This document shows positions 46,371 through 58,007 of a DNA stretch of 64,000 nucleotides, piece after piece. Origin of the DNA: Neophaeotheca triangularis. Taxonomy: Eukaryota. The stretch spans positions 62,001-126,000 of the forward strand of contig BAAIJX010000001.1 in NCBI GenBank assembly GCA_054600435.1. Direction: 5' to 3'. Below the pieces are notes generated by a model that was not told the origin of the DNA, ran no database searches, and was given only the letters and a program-made list of their open reading frames with translations. The position numbers and the translations under genes were made by a program. The stretch's first letter is position 1, and the number at the start of each line of letters is the position of its first letter.

Positions 46371-48305
46371 TCACACTCTAACGCTCGCACTCTGACCTCC
46401 GTGACCGCTTCCATTACCGCTGTCATTCGTGTTGCCTTCAGCCGTGCCACCGCTGCCTCTGCTGCCTCTGCTGCCTTTGGTTCCCCGGCTTCCAGCACTC
46501 CCATCGCTATCTTCGCCGCCCTCACCCTCCTCCATAACAGTCTCGCGCACTATACCGTCTAGCCTGTCCTCGCGCCCTCCGCTCTCCCCTCCTACCACGA
46601 AGACGGCCTCGTTGCGTGGCGTCATGGGACCGTCGGCGGCGGTGTAGCTTCCGGACGCTAGAGCGAATTGGGAGGTTGAAGTGGGAGTAGTTGCGGTTTC
46701 CGAGGATGTTGTTGTGCGTTGCGCGGGGCGTTGGGAGATGGGTATCGAGGGGGTAGTGCTGGCTTCTTGTGAGGTAGAGGGTGCTTGGTCCACGACTGTC
46801 TGCCGTGCGGAGTCTGAAGGGTTGCTGATGGAAGTGTTCGTCAATAGACCAGAAAGTTCGTCGTCCGTAATACTCGCGCTCGTTTGTGCAGGCGTCCTCG
46901 CCGTGTCGCGGTCTCGATCGTCTGTCTGATCTGTAGAATGCGCCTCTCTTTCAGCGCCCTCCTGTGCCGCTTCTCCCTCATTTGAATCCTTTCCAGAATG
47001 ATTGTGCTCTTGACCGGTTCCAGCATCCTCATCGTATAGCTCTTCCCATTCTTCCGTCGTCTCTTCGGGTTGCTCTACGTCCGCTTCGAGATCCGCGACA
47101 AATCGACAATTCGGACATAGGAAGTTGGGCCAGCTAGGAGAGTCGATGAGATTTCGCACACACTTGTAGTGCCAGACGTGGCTGCAAGGCGCTACGAAGA
47201 GAGCCTGACACGGCGCGACAGGGTTCAAGCAGATGCTGCACTCTGAGCTATTCACGCTTGCCGCATCCGAATCACGGCTCTTCTTGGTAGTCGCAGATTT
47301 CAGCAGGCGCTTGTGTGTAGAAGTGTTGAAGTTGTTGAGAGACTTTTGCCAGCCGCGGTTGCACTCGATGCGAATCTTTACACAGCGGAAGATGACTTCT
47401 TCTCCTCCTTTGAAGTCTATTCCTAGCTGAACAACGTCTCCGTCGTTGACTGGATATGGTCGAGACTCTACGCCTGGACTGCTTAGTCGAACGTGGTTGA
47501 GGAAGGTGCCGGAGGACGATCCGACGTCTTTAGTGTACCACTGTCCGGAAGCGCACCAGAACTGGCAGTGTCTTCGAGACACGACCTTCGATTTAAAGCC
47601 TACGGGTAGAACAGAAGGATCTGATGGCGTCGTATCCCTCTCAGAGTAGCGTCCAACTTTCACGACGGTCGTGGGTGTTCGGAGGGTGCGGGACATTGCA
47701 TCGAACTCGAGGGAGGGTCGAGAAGCACGTGCCTCGACGTGAGGGATGAACTTTATAGTGGGCATGGAATTGTCCTGCGCAGACGACGACATTGCTGCTG
47801 AGGGGGACTCGCTATTTCCGGAGGCCAAAGCAGCTGAAGTTCGGCGGACAGTGTTGGTGAGCGTTGCGGTGGGAGTCGGCCCCGTAGAGGTGCTGGCCTG
47901 GCTTCTAGCCATTTCAGCTGCGGTAGTCGTACGTTCTGGTGAAGCTGAGTCGGTGGAGGTCGAGGTGAGACTCCGGTCTTGGACGTTAGGTAGCCAGCCG
48001 TTCTCCCCTGTCGATATGTGAGACTCGCCGTTGTCTTGTGCCGCTTGTCTCGCCCTTGGTTGCGAAGCCTGCGAGAGTTGTGTTTGGGTATTTCCTGGGT
48101 GTGGTTGTCCCGGGGAAGAAGTCGATCTATGAAATTGGGGAGCGTCGGATCGTGATGAGGTGCCTCCGAGGTGGGAGTGAAGGTGGTTTGAGGTGTAGCT
48201 GCGCAAGTACGAGAGGCCCCGCAGCCGGCTGGGCCTTGTCGGCGACGCTGGCGTCGTCTCGAGCGTGGAAAGCGTGGTCGTAGCTGGCGCGGGGGAGCCT
48301 AACAT
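46371..48305 (-). CDS. DMA1: FHA-RING E3 ubiquitin ligase Dma1
   Basis: FHA VGRYSE...FKSKVVSRRH...DVGSSSGTFLN...GDVVQLG; RING CSICL..VAPCQALFVAPCSHVWHYKC...CPNCR. Confidence 0.95.
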   Translation of the reverse strand: MLGSPAPATTTLSTLETTPASPTRPSRLRGLSYLRSYTSNHLHSHLGGTSSRSDAPQFHRSTSSPGQPHPGNTQTQLSQASQPRARQAAQDNGESHISTGENGWLPNVQDRSLTSTSTDSASPERTTTAAEMARSQASTSTGPTPTATLTNTVRRTSAALASGNSESPSAAMSSSAQDNSMPTIKFIPHVEARASRPSLEFDAMSRTLRTPTTVVKVGRYSERDTTPSDPSVLPVGFKSKVVSRRHCQFWCASGQWYTKDVGSSSGTFLNHVRLSSPGVESRPYPVNDGDVVQLGIDFKGGEEVIFRCVKIRIECNRGWQKSLNNFNTSTHKRLLKSATTKKSRDSDAASVNSSECSICLNPVAPCQALFVAPCSHVWHYKCVRNLIDSPSWPNFLCPNCRFVADLEADVEQPEETTEEWEELYDEDAGTGQEHNHSGKDSNEGEAAQEGAEREAHSTDQTDDRDRDTARTPAQTSASITDDELSGLLTNTSISNPSDSARQTVVDQAPSTSQEASTTPSIPISQRPAQRTTTSSETATTPTSTSQFALASGSYTAADGPMTPRNEAVFVVGGESGGREDRLDGIVRETVMEEGEGGEDSDGSAGSRGTKGSRGSRGSGGTAEGNTNDSGNGSGHGGQSASVRV

Positions 48306-49030
48306 GGCTTTGAGGAGGGAGTAGGCGGATAAGATGGCAGTAAGTCGCAGGGGGCTAATGTTCGAGGTAAGCGTGTGGAAGAGGACGTTCGAGGGTTGAG
48401 GGTTGACTGGCTGGCGGCGGCGGCGGGGCTAGTCGCGGGACGGTATTACGACAGGCCGTTTCCTCTGTACTCGACCATTCGATGCGAAGGGGCTGGCAAA
48501 AGCACGAGGTACCACCTGAATTGTCAAGGTGAGGCTGACGAGCGGTAAGGAAGCGTAACAGCGTAAAAGCGTAAGAAACAGGATGGAGAGTCGAGTCGAG
48601 TCGAGGGTGCAGGTGGGTAAGGTTAGAGGAAGGGGGAGTTTGGGCAAGGGCCCCGGGCCCCACAGCAGGGCATCTTTCGGCAGGGCTGGCCTGACGCACA
48701 TGACGATACTTTTACTCCTACCAGGTACCGTACCTACCTCCCGTCACCAGGTACTAGTAGGTAGGTTTATGTACCGTACTAGGAAGTAATATTTACGGAG
48801 ACAAACACAACCTGAACGTGATAAAAAAGCTCGAGTGCTTCAATGGTTAATAATAAGGTACAGTACATACAGTACCCCAATCGTCAGTCAAGCGTCAAAC
48901 CTCAAACACCCGTGGACAATGCCCAGACGGTGGACAGTAGTACTACACTACATTCGCCTTAAGGTTGTGATTTAGTATTTATTAATATTATTACCGTATG
49001 ATGTGGCGTGGGGAGAAATTCGGCAGTTAT

Positions 49031-49222
49031 TTACCTACCTACCTACCTACCTACTATGTACCTATGCATATTTCCCTACCTAACCTAACCTAACCGTTGG
49101 CAAGTCCGATAACGCCGAGTCAACTTCGAAGCTTTTGATTCTAGCTTGCTCTTCAGGGAAACATCGACATACGCCCACCACATCATCACCACCACCACCA
49201 CCACCACCACCACCACCACCAC
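49031..49222. repeat. (TACC)n 49032-49053, (CCTAA)3 49079-49095 and (CCA)n 49187-49222 upstream of MAS2
   Basis: Direct reading. Confidence 0.85.
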
Positions 49223-49249
49223 TTCGCCCTCCTTGCGCCCACCCACACC

Positions 49250-50956
49250 ATGAGCAAGGCCCTACACATACCCTCCCGATTATCGCGGCCTGCTATACGG
49301 CCCATCACCAGGTATGCGCGCTTGCGACCCAGACAATATGCCACCGTCTCCACCAAGGCCGATCGAGACCCTGCCGAACTCGACCAGGTAACGCGCCTCC
49401 CAAACGGTATCCGTGTCGCCAGCGAGGCCCTTCCTGGTCACTTTTCCGGAATCGGTGTCTACATCGACGCCGGATCTCGTTACGAGAATGAAAATCTACG
49501 GGGTGTGTCGCACATCATCGATCGTCTGGCTTTCAAATCAACAGGGAGTCGCTCGGCGGATCAGATGCTCGAGGCTATGGAGTCGCTAGGCGGGAATATT
49601 CAGTGCGCTTCTTCGAGAGAAAGTCTCATGTACCAATCGGCCACCTTCAACTCAGCCGTGCCCACCACTCTGGGACTGTTGGCAGAAACGATCAGAGACC
49701 CGCAGATTACAGAAGAGGAGGTGCTGAGACAATTGGAGACGGCAGACTACGAGATTGGCGAGATATGGGGCAGACCGGAACTCATACTTCCTGAACTGGT
49801 CCACATGGCTGCCTACAAAGACAACACGCTCGGGAACCCGCTGCTGTGTCCAAAAGAGAACTTGGAAAGCATCAACCAAGAAACGATCAAAGCCTACCGT
49901 AACGCTTTCTACACCCCAGAGAGAATCGTTGTTGCCTTTGCTGGAGTCCAACACCAAGAAGCCATTCGTCTGACGGAGCAATACTTTGGCGACATGAAAG
50001 CGAGTGCGCCGTCAGCCGAAGCGCAACAGCAACAAATTCAGAACCCGTATCCGACGTCCCAAACGCCACCACAAAAGGACTCTCGGCTTTCCTCTAACGT
50101 CCCATTCATGAAGAATCTCTCCACGTCCGCTTCACAACAGGCCACCGTCTCACCTCGTGATCCATCGGCACTTCAACCGAGCCCTTTCTCATCTGAATCG
50201 ATACCCTACAATCAACCCTCGCAATACACCGGCGGCTTTCTGACTCTACCTCCGCTTCCGATTCCGCCAAACCCAGCGCTTCCCCGTGTTTCCCACATCC
50301 ACCTGGCTTTTGAGGCCCTTCCGATCTCATCGCCCGATATCTACGCCCTCGCAACCCTTCAAACCCTTCTCGGAGGTGGTGGCTCCTTCTCAGCCGGTGG
50401 CCCCGGCAAAGGCATGTACTCGCGCCTATACACAAACGTTCTGAACCAATACGGTTGGGTCGAGTCCTGCACCTCCTTCAACCACGCATACACCGACTCT
50501 GGCCTTTTCGGTATCTCGGCGGCATGCGCCACGCAGTACGTACCACGTATGCTAGACACCATGGCTCGGGAGCTGTCCTTACTCTCCGCCGATGTGGGTT
50601 TCGGTAGGCTCTCGGAGATTGAAGTCAAGCGCGCAAAGAATCAGCTGAGATCGTCGCTCCTCATGAACCTTGAGTCGCGCATGGTCGAGCTTGAAGACCT
50701 GGGCAGGCAAGTGCAGGTTCACGGCCGCAAGGTGGGTGTGCATGAGATGTGCAAGCAAATCGACAGTGTGACCATTGCCGATCTGAAGCGGGTCGCGAAG
50801 ATGGTGTTTTCGGGTGAGGTCAAGAACCCCGGTGGTGGTAGTGGCGCACCTACAGTCGTGCTGCAGCAGGGAGAGGAGGAAGGTGTTACGATGAGGGAGC
50901 TGCCATGGGCCGAGATTCAAGAGAGAATTGCTAGATGGGGGCTTGGGAAGCAGTGA
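49250..50956 (+). CDS. MAS2: Mitochondrial processing peptidase alpha subunit
   Basis: Arg-rich presequence, GVSHIIDRLAFKST, glycine-rich loop GGGGSFSAGGPGKGMYSRLY, RAKNQLRSSLLMNLESR. Confidence 0.97.
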   Translation: MSKALHIPSRLSRPAIRPITRYARLRPRQYATVSTKADRDPAELDQVTRLPNGIRVASEALPGHFSGIGVYIDAGSRYENENLRGVSHIIDRLAFKSTGSRSADQMLEAMESLGGNIQCASSRESLMYQSATFNSAVPTTLGLLAETIRDPQITEEEVLRQLETADYEIGEIWGRPELILPELVHMAAYKDNTLGNPLLCPKENLESINQETIKAYRNAFYTPERIVVAFAGVQHQEAIRLTEQYFGDMKASAPSAEAQQQQIQNPYPTSQTPPQKDSRLSSNVPFMKNLSTSASQQATVSPRDPSALQPSPFSSESIPYNQPSQYTGGFLTLPPLPIPPNPALPRVSHIHLAFEALPISSPDIYALATLQTLLGGGGSFSAGGPGKGMYSRLYTNVLNQYGWVESCTSFNHAYTDSGLFGISAACATQYVPRMLDTMARELSLLSADVGFGRLSEIEVKRAKNQLRSSLLMNLESRMVELEDLGRQVQVHGRKVGVHEMCKQIDSVTIADLKRVAKMVFSGEVKNPGGGSGAPTVVLQQGEEEGVTMRELPWAEIQERIARWGLGKQ

Positions 50957-51288
50957 GGTTGAGGACATATATTCGGGTGCATTTGGGCGGCGAGACCTTG
51001 TAATAACAGGATAGAGCAACGGCATCATGTGTAAAATAGCTTTGTATAGGCAGGGTGATACCCACGAGCGGGCCTTGTGCTCTTCTCTCATGCTTCGGTT
51101 TCCTTAAAACATACCTTCTCCATTCTGACGATGGGTTCTACTCGCGTAATCCCCAGCACGCCCGGGGTATTTTGTGTACTAGCGTCATCTTGACTCGAAG
51201 TGAATCTTCGTACATCGATGTTACATTTTATCATCGTCTCTACCTAGACTACCTGCAGTTCCGTAACGAAATCGTCTGAATTGTAGTC

Positions 51289-54200
51289 ATGCCTGTCGTT
51301 GCGCCAGAGAAGCTGGTGAAGCTACAGCAGGCCGGCGATGGCATACGGAATGTAAGACCTTGACGAGCAACAAAAAAAGTAATGCACCAGCACCGTGAAT
51401 CACAACTAACACTCGTAACCAGATTTGTATATTGGCCCATGTTGTATGTCTGCCCTCATGCCACCATTTCTCCAAAGGGCGGAAAAAAATTAACGAGACT
51501 CCTTTAGGACCACGGCAAAACATCCCTCACAGATGCCCTCCTCGCCACCAACGGCATCATCTCTCCCAAACTCGCCGGCAAGATCCGCTACCTGGACTCG
51601 CGACCCGACGAACAACTCCGCGGTATCACCATGGAATCGTCCGCCATCTCGCTCTACTTTAGCCTTCTCCGCCGCAGCGCACCACAAGCCGAGCCGGAGC
51701 AAAAGGAATTTCTCATCAACCTCATCGACTCGCCAGGCCACATAGACTTCAGCTCGGAAGTCTCCACCGCCAGCCGACTGTGCGATGGCGCCGTCGTGCT
51801 CGTTGACGCCGTCGAGGGCGTGTGCTCGCAGACCGTCACCGTGCTCCGCCAGACGTGGGTCGAGAAGCTGAAGCCCCTGCTCGTTATCAACAAGATGGAT
51901 CGTCTGATCACCGAGTGGAAACTCAGCCCTAGCGAGGCTTACACGCATTTGAGCAAGCTGCTCGAGCAGGTTAATGCTGTTATGGGGAGTTTTGCTCTTG
52001 GAGAGCGGATGGAGGATGATTTAAGGTGGCGGGAGAGGATCGACGAGAAGGTGAACGCTGCCAAGGGGCAGGGGGAGGGAGAGGGCAAGTCGGGGCGGGT
52101 GGCGAGTGTTGTGGAGGACGACGAGGGTATTGTTTCGAACACGCCTGCCGAGTATGAGGAGAAGGATGACGAGAGCATTTACTTCTCGCCTGAGAATAAC
52201 AATGTCATCTTCAGCTCTGCTATCGACGGCTGGGCGTTCACCCCTAGGCAGTTTGCCGGCCTTTACGAAAAGAAGCTCGGCATCAAGCGCAGCGTACTCG
52301 AGAAGGTGCTTTGGGGCGACTTCTATCTGGACCCCAAGACCAAGCGCGTGCTAGGATCTAAGCACTTGAAAGGAAGACATCTGAAGCCAATGTTCGTGCA
52401 GCTTGTTCTTGAGCAGATATGGGCAGTCTACGAGGCTACTATGGGTGGACAGAACAACAAAGGTGATCCTGCTCTACTTGAAAAGATTACCAAAAGCTTG
52501 AACATCTCGATACCGGCGCACATAATGAGATCTAGGGATCCAAAGGCCCTACTTGCTGCCGTCTTCCAAGCCTGGTTACCGCTGAGCACTGCACTATTGG
52601 TGTCCGTTACCGAACACCTCCCTTCTCCACCTTCAGCGCAGAGCAATCGTATGCTGGACATGCTGGACAAATCACCCGGGTCCGATCATATCGACGACAA
52701 AGTGAGAAAAGCAATGGTAGGATCCAACGCCAAGATCGGCGAGCCGTCCGTCGCGTACATTAGCAAAATGGTCTCCATCCCGGAGAGCGAATTACCCAAC
52801 AACAAGCGACGAGGTGGCACCTTGACAGCCGAAGAAGCCAGGGAACTAGGTCGGAAAAAGAGAGCAGAGATTGCCAGAGCCCAGGCCAAAGCCAACGGCG
52901 AGACGAGTGTCGAAACCGTCACCGAAGCTCTGAGTAGTGCGGCCATCGGCGAAGACGACGACAGCATCGCCACAGCCAACGGCGGCGACACCAAAACCGC
53001 GCCCATAGAAGAGGAAGAGAAAGCCGACCCCGAGCACCTCATAGGTTTCGCTCGCCTTTTCTCCGGCACCCTAACCGTCGGCGACGAAGTCTACGTCCTA
53101 CCGCCTAAATACACACCCCTCCGTCCGCACGCCCACCCTTTGCCAAAGAAAGTCACAATCACAGCCCTCTATCTCCTCATGGGCCGCAGTCTCGAAAGCC
53201 TCAACTCCGTGCCCGCTGGCAATGTCGTCGGAATCGCCGGTCTCGAAGGTGCCATCCTCAAGTCCGGGACCATCTGCTCGCAGCTCGAAGGCGGGCCCAA
53301 TCTCTCCTCCACCAGCGCCATCTCCACCAATGCTCCCATTGTCCGCGTCGCGCTCGAACCCGCTTGGCCGAGCGATCTGGACAAGATGATTCGCGGGCTA
53401 AGGCTGCTCGAGCAAGCCGATCCGGCCGTGGTGTATGAGCAGCTTGAAAGTGGTGAGCATGTTATTCTGACGGCGGGTGAACTGCACCTGGAGCGGTGTC
53501 TGAAAGACCTGCGCGAGCGTTTCGCCAAATGCGACATCCAAGCCGGCGAAGCGATTGTGCCATACAGGGAGGGTATTGTGCGAGCGGAAGAGATGAATCC
53601 GCCGAGAGATGCTGGGTTGGGGAGGGGCAGGGTGGTAGGCGTCACCACCAGCAAGCAGGTGACTGTGCGTTTGCGGGTTGCGCCCTTGCCGACACCTGTG
53701 ACGGAGTTTCTTGTCAAGCATACTGGTGCTGTGAAGAGGCTTTATTCGGAGCGGAAAGCTGCGGAGGAGGAGCAGAAGACTGGGCGTGTGGTGGACAGAG
53801 AGGATGGGGAGCATGGGGACGACGTGGAACAAATGGGTGCGCAGGAAATTGAGGCCGAAGACACCGCTGCAGAGGCTGGCCAAAATTTGAGTATGCCTGA
53901 GTTCAAGAAGCTGCTTGCTGAGGCTTTTGCCGAAGCCAAGGTCGACAAGGAGGAGTGGAAGGACGCTGTGGAGAAGATTACGGCTTTCGGGCCTAGGAGA
54001 GTTGGGCCGAACGTCTTGATCGACAATACAGCCACCGGGCTCTGCGGGAAATTGTGAGTTCTCTTCCTTCAGAACTGACAATCTGGCAACACACATACAC
54101 ACACACACTAACAAGCCTTCACAGCCTCCGAGACCACCACGAACCGGACGCCCTCGCCTCAGCCTCCACTTCGGCAGAAAGCTCCGCCGTAACCTTTGCC

Positions 54201-54827
54201 GACAAAGTCGCGCACGCCTTCCAACTCGCCACCTACCAAGGTCCGCTCTGCAACGAGCCCGTCCAAGGCCTGGCCGTCTTCCTCGAAGACCTAACCACCG
54301 ACCTCCCCGAAACCGAAGCCAGCGCCAACATGGGCCGCCTAACGGGCGAAATCATCCGCACGGTGCGCGAAAGCATCCGCACCGGCTTCCTCGACTGGTC
54401 CTCGCGCATCCTGCTGGCCATGTACAGCTGCGAGATCCAGGCCTCGGCCGAAGTCTTGGGCAAAGTCTACAGCGTCATCACGCGACGTCGGGGGCGCATC
54501 GTGTCGGAGTCCCTGCTGGAGCCGTCGCCCAACTTCACCATTTTGGCGCTCTTGCCTGTGGCCGAGAGTTTTGGGTTTTCCGACGAGATCCGCAAGCGCA
54601 CCAGCGGAGCGGCGGCGCCGCAGTTGGTTTTTGAGGGTTTCGAGATGTTGGATCAGGATCCCTTTTGGGTACCGACTACTGAGGAGGAGTTGGAGGATCT
54701 GGGGGAGAAGAGTGATAGGGAGAATGTGGCTAAGCGGTATGTGGATGCTGTGAGGGAGCGGAAGGGTTTGAGTGTGAAGAGGAAGGTTGTGGAGAGTGCG
54801 GAGAAGCAGAAGACGCTGAAGAGGTAG
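51289..54827 (+). CDS. RIA1: EF-2-like GTPase Ria1/Efl1 (60S maturation); introns 51352-51422, 51444-51507, 54054-54124
   Basis: IRNICILAHVDHGKT (assembled over two introns), YLDSRPDEQLRGITM, LIDSPGHIDFSSEVSTASRLCDG, NKMD, GELHLERCL, C-terminal AEKQKTLKR. Confidence 0.96.
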
Positions 54828-56392
54828 GCTGGGTCTTTTGTGACTCGAGGGGGATTGGAGGGTTTTTATACCGTCGTATACCATTTCTCGAGAAGATGCG
54901 CCTTGGTTGTGTGGGGATTGTTGTTGAAGAGTGCTTACGCTGAGAGAAGCGGTTCCGGCCTCCAGTGTTACAGTGCCGTGTAGACGTCAGTTTCTTGCAC
55001 GAGTCAAGCATCAGTAGGCAAGGTATGTAGTACCCGTTGCAGCTGGTCGACGAAAGCGTCCAGCACGAGAAGCAACATGGGTGCAGTTTCAGCGTAGCCC
55101 ACGCTCACGATGGTGCAAGCAAGGGGCGAGCGAGGCAGTCGTAGTCGTAGTAAAGTACAGTAGTAACAACAAGATTGGGCCTCTTGCAAGGTGACGTGTC
55201 ACGTGCAGAGCCGGTTCTGTTCAGTGTTGATACCGCCCAACCTCGGGCCAATGAATTGATCACCCTGTGCAGACGAAGTCGAAGTTGTTGTTTCGTCGTC
55301 TCGTCGCCGTCTGGACTCGTCACTCTGGTGGTCTCCACTGTTGGCGCGGAGCTCGCTTTGGCCCGAGCAAACGCGTCAAAGGGTGAAACACGAAGCTTCG
55401 CGCAGCGTGTTGGCCGATGCTTTTGGTTGGTTTAAACATGTCCAGAGGAGGGAGAGGGGAGAAAGGGAGAGGAGGGGGGATGCTTGTCGTTCTTATCATT
55501 ATCATGTACATAAGATAGGTAGTTAACTTATTTATGAAGGGCGCTTCTTGCTTCTCGTCGTCTCACCTTGGAGTAGTCGGAGTAGTCTTGTGTGCCAGTA
55601 CTTATTAATCGCTGTAACAGGCCCGGACCTTCGATTGTTGTCACTAACTTACAGCTACAGCTACCCACGCCTTGGCGTAATGATAATCCGACTCTAAACG
55701 CGGCGCCAACGACGAGAGACTCTTTCCCCCTTCTCATTCTCCCCTTCCTCCTCTACAATACAACACGACCGTCGTTTGCATCAATCCCTCGTTTGCGCCG
55801 CGTGACGGCCACGGCCTTCCATTGACTGGACACCGGACTACTGTGACTTCCTTACTTTCCAGAGAGCATACCACGATCCTTTTTAATCAAAGCGCCCCTT
55901 GCAGCCCGGAGCTGATCGAGGCCATTCGTAATAATATTACGCCTTACCTTCGACATCGACTTCCTCGCCATCAACCCAGCGAAATACCGAAACAGTGCGT
56001 GTGGTTGTGTAACAAAGGAAGAAACCTACGGGAGCAAACAATCTTTGAAACGACGTCGTGCCAAGAGGGGGCTCAAAGGCCTGCCCGGACAGGAAGGAAC
56101 GAACGCGAACACGAGCACGGAGCGGAGCGGGATAAGATAGCACGAGGGGCATCTCAGGCAGAATCCAGGCGACAGCAACGATATTCAGCTTGCTGCCGGC
56201 TTGACGGAGAGACACTTCACACACACATTCCTTTTGCATACCGTGGACAATAAGCTGTTTGAGACACTGCCACGAGCACTCCATCACTGGTGACACACGC
56301 CTCGCTGCCCACGCAGCACGCACATTGCGCCAAAAGACACAAAAGAAACCTTACACCTTCAATTCGACTTTCGCAACCACGTCAACGCTACG

Positions 56393-57235
56393 ATGCGTCT
56401 TCCCCACTCGATCCTCGCGCTCATTGCCCTGGCATCCCCAGTCTTGTCCGTTTCTCTCTCCGACTTCACACCCCGCGTGCAAGATCTCCCAGACCAGTGC
56501 CAAAAAGTCTACACCCAGCAAATCACCGGTTGCAGCGCCTCGGATTTCACCCAAGAAAACTGCAGTTCCTCTTGCGTCAAGGGTCTGGATGCAATCGCCT
56601 ATTCAGTCGAGGGCGCTTGTGGATCGTTGGGTCTCTCTGGTCTGAACACTCTCACTGCTTTCCTCAACGGAGAGGGTCCTTCGAGCCTTTGCCCAAACGC
56701 CAACGACGTACTTGATGGGTCTGGAGGCGGTGGCAGCGAATCGATCGAGGCCCCAGCCACAACTGCTCCTTTCACCTCCATTGTTTCGAGCACAAGAGTC
56801 GCCAGCTCAGCTACGCAGAGTTCCAGCCTCATGGTCGACACCACCGAGAGGCCCGCCATCGAAACGTCGACAGCCCAGACTTCCGTACCACTCTTCAGCG
56901 ACACCACCATGCAACTACCCAGCAGTGCAACGGAATTCACTACCGAGGCCATTGCCACGGCAGATTCCGCGCAACCTACTAGTTCAGAGACACTGATCAT
57001 GCTCGACACCTCTGGGCCGCAAGCTACCAACACCGGCACGATGGAAGACTCACTCTCGGACTCCGATTCCGACGACGACTCATCGGGAGACTCATCCAAC
57101 GGCAACAGTGGTGGAGGAAGTCCTTTCGACCCTGCAGGCAGTCCTGGAGAGTCTTCGGTGAGTCACTCGGCAACCACAGAATCCACCCTTCTGCTTGGGA
57201 TGGTGTCTTTCGTCGTTCTGGCTGGATTGCGATAA
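56393..57235 (+). CDS. Putative secreted, GPI-anchored protein (6-Cys N-terminal domain, Ser/Thr-rich stalk)
   Basis: Signal peptide MRLPHSILALIALASPVLS, Cys domain, S/T stalk, GGGSPFD, hydrophobic C-terminus LLLGMVSFVVLAGLR. Confidence 0.8.
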   Translation: MRLPHSILALIALASPVLSVSLSDFTPRVQDLPDQCQKVYTQQITGCSASDFTQENCSSSCVKGLDAIAYSVEGACGSLGLSGLNTLTAFLNGEGPSSLCPNANDVLDGSGGGGSESIEAPATTAPFTSIVSSTRVASSATQSSSLMVDTTERPAIETSTAQTSVPLFSDTTMQLPSSATEFTTEAIATADSAQPTSSETLIMLDTSGPQATNTGTMEDSLSDSDSDDDSSGDSSNGNSGGGSPFDPAGSPGESSVSHSATTESTLLLGMVSFVVLAGLR

Positions 57236-58007
57236 TCTCGTTCGACGGTCACTACTCTGCGACATGTTTGCCTGTTCCAAAGATACCCATCAGGTGGTTT
57301 GTTAATTGTTGCGTTTTTCGGCGCGTCGGGCAGGGAGAGCTCAAGGGAGGAGTATTTGCAAGCATTCGAGGAGTATGGGCTCGATGCTGTTGCCCTTTGA
57401 CCGGCCAACAGATTGCTGAATTTGAAGCGATGGATGGAAGAGGGTGCTCACAGCTGTACTTAATCCCGTGTATAGTGCGCCGTCACCCATGTCACTTCGT
57501 CTCAGTAGTAGTAGGGTATCTCTGAACTGACCGCGGTCTTCGTCGAGCTATCATATAGCCTAGGCAAGCGCTCGTTAAGCTATGAAAGTGACGTGCATGG
57601 CTGTCCCTTCCACAGCAGAGCTTCGACCTTGTTTCGAATAAGAGTCGGGGGTGGTGCCTTTTCCCATGAATAGCTGAGAGTACATACCTCCTGTCTATTA
57701 GCCGATTCACATTTGTACCCAGTATTATTATTGTGGATTATCAACCGATCGTCTTATCTTGCACTATTACAGTTACCCACGATCTGGTCTATCTCCTTAT
57801 CCGGATTATTCACCAGTCGGAAGCCTTGGGATCCTATTTAGGGCTGAAGTTGTGAAAGGCCGCGAGAAGCTTGGGCCGCGGCGTTGTCGACGACGCTATC
57901 AAAAAAAGCATAGGGGACGGCAAGTTGAGGTTTGTGTTTCTCGTCGACAGCAACCTCGACCACATTCGCTCCTCTCACCCACTCCACTCACCCCCATCGA
58001 CGACTCC

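Noticed and set aside
49079..49095. (CCTAA)3 as an interstitial telomere
   Set aside because: Too short and not the TTAGGG hexamer; treated as part of the TACC motif family
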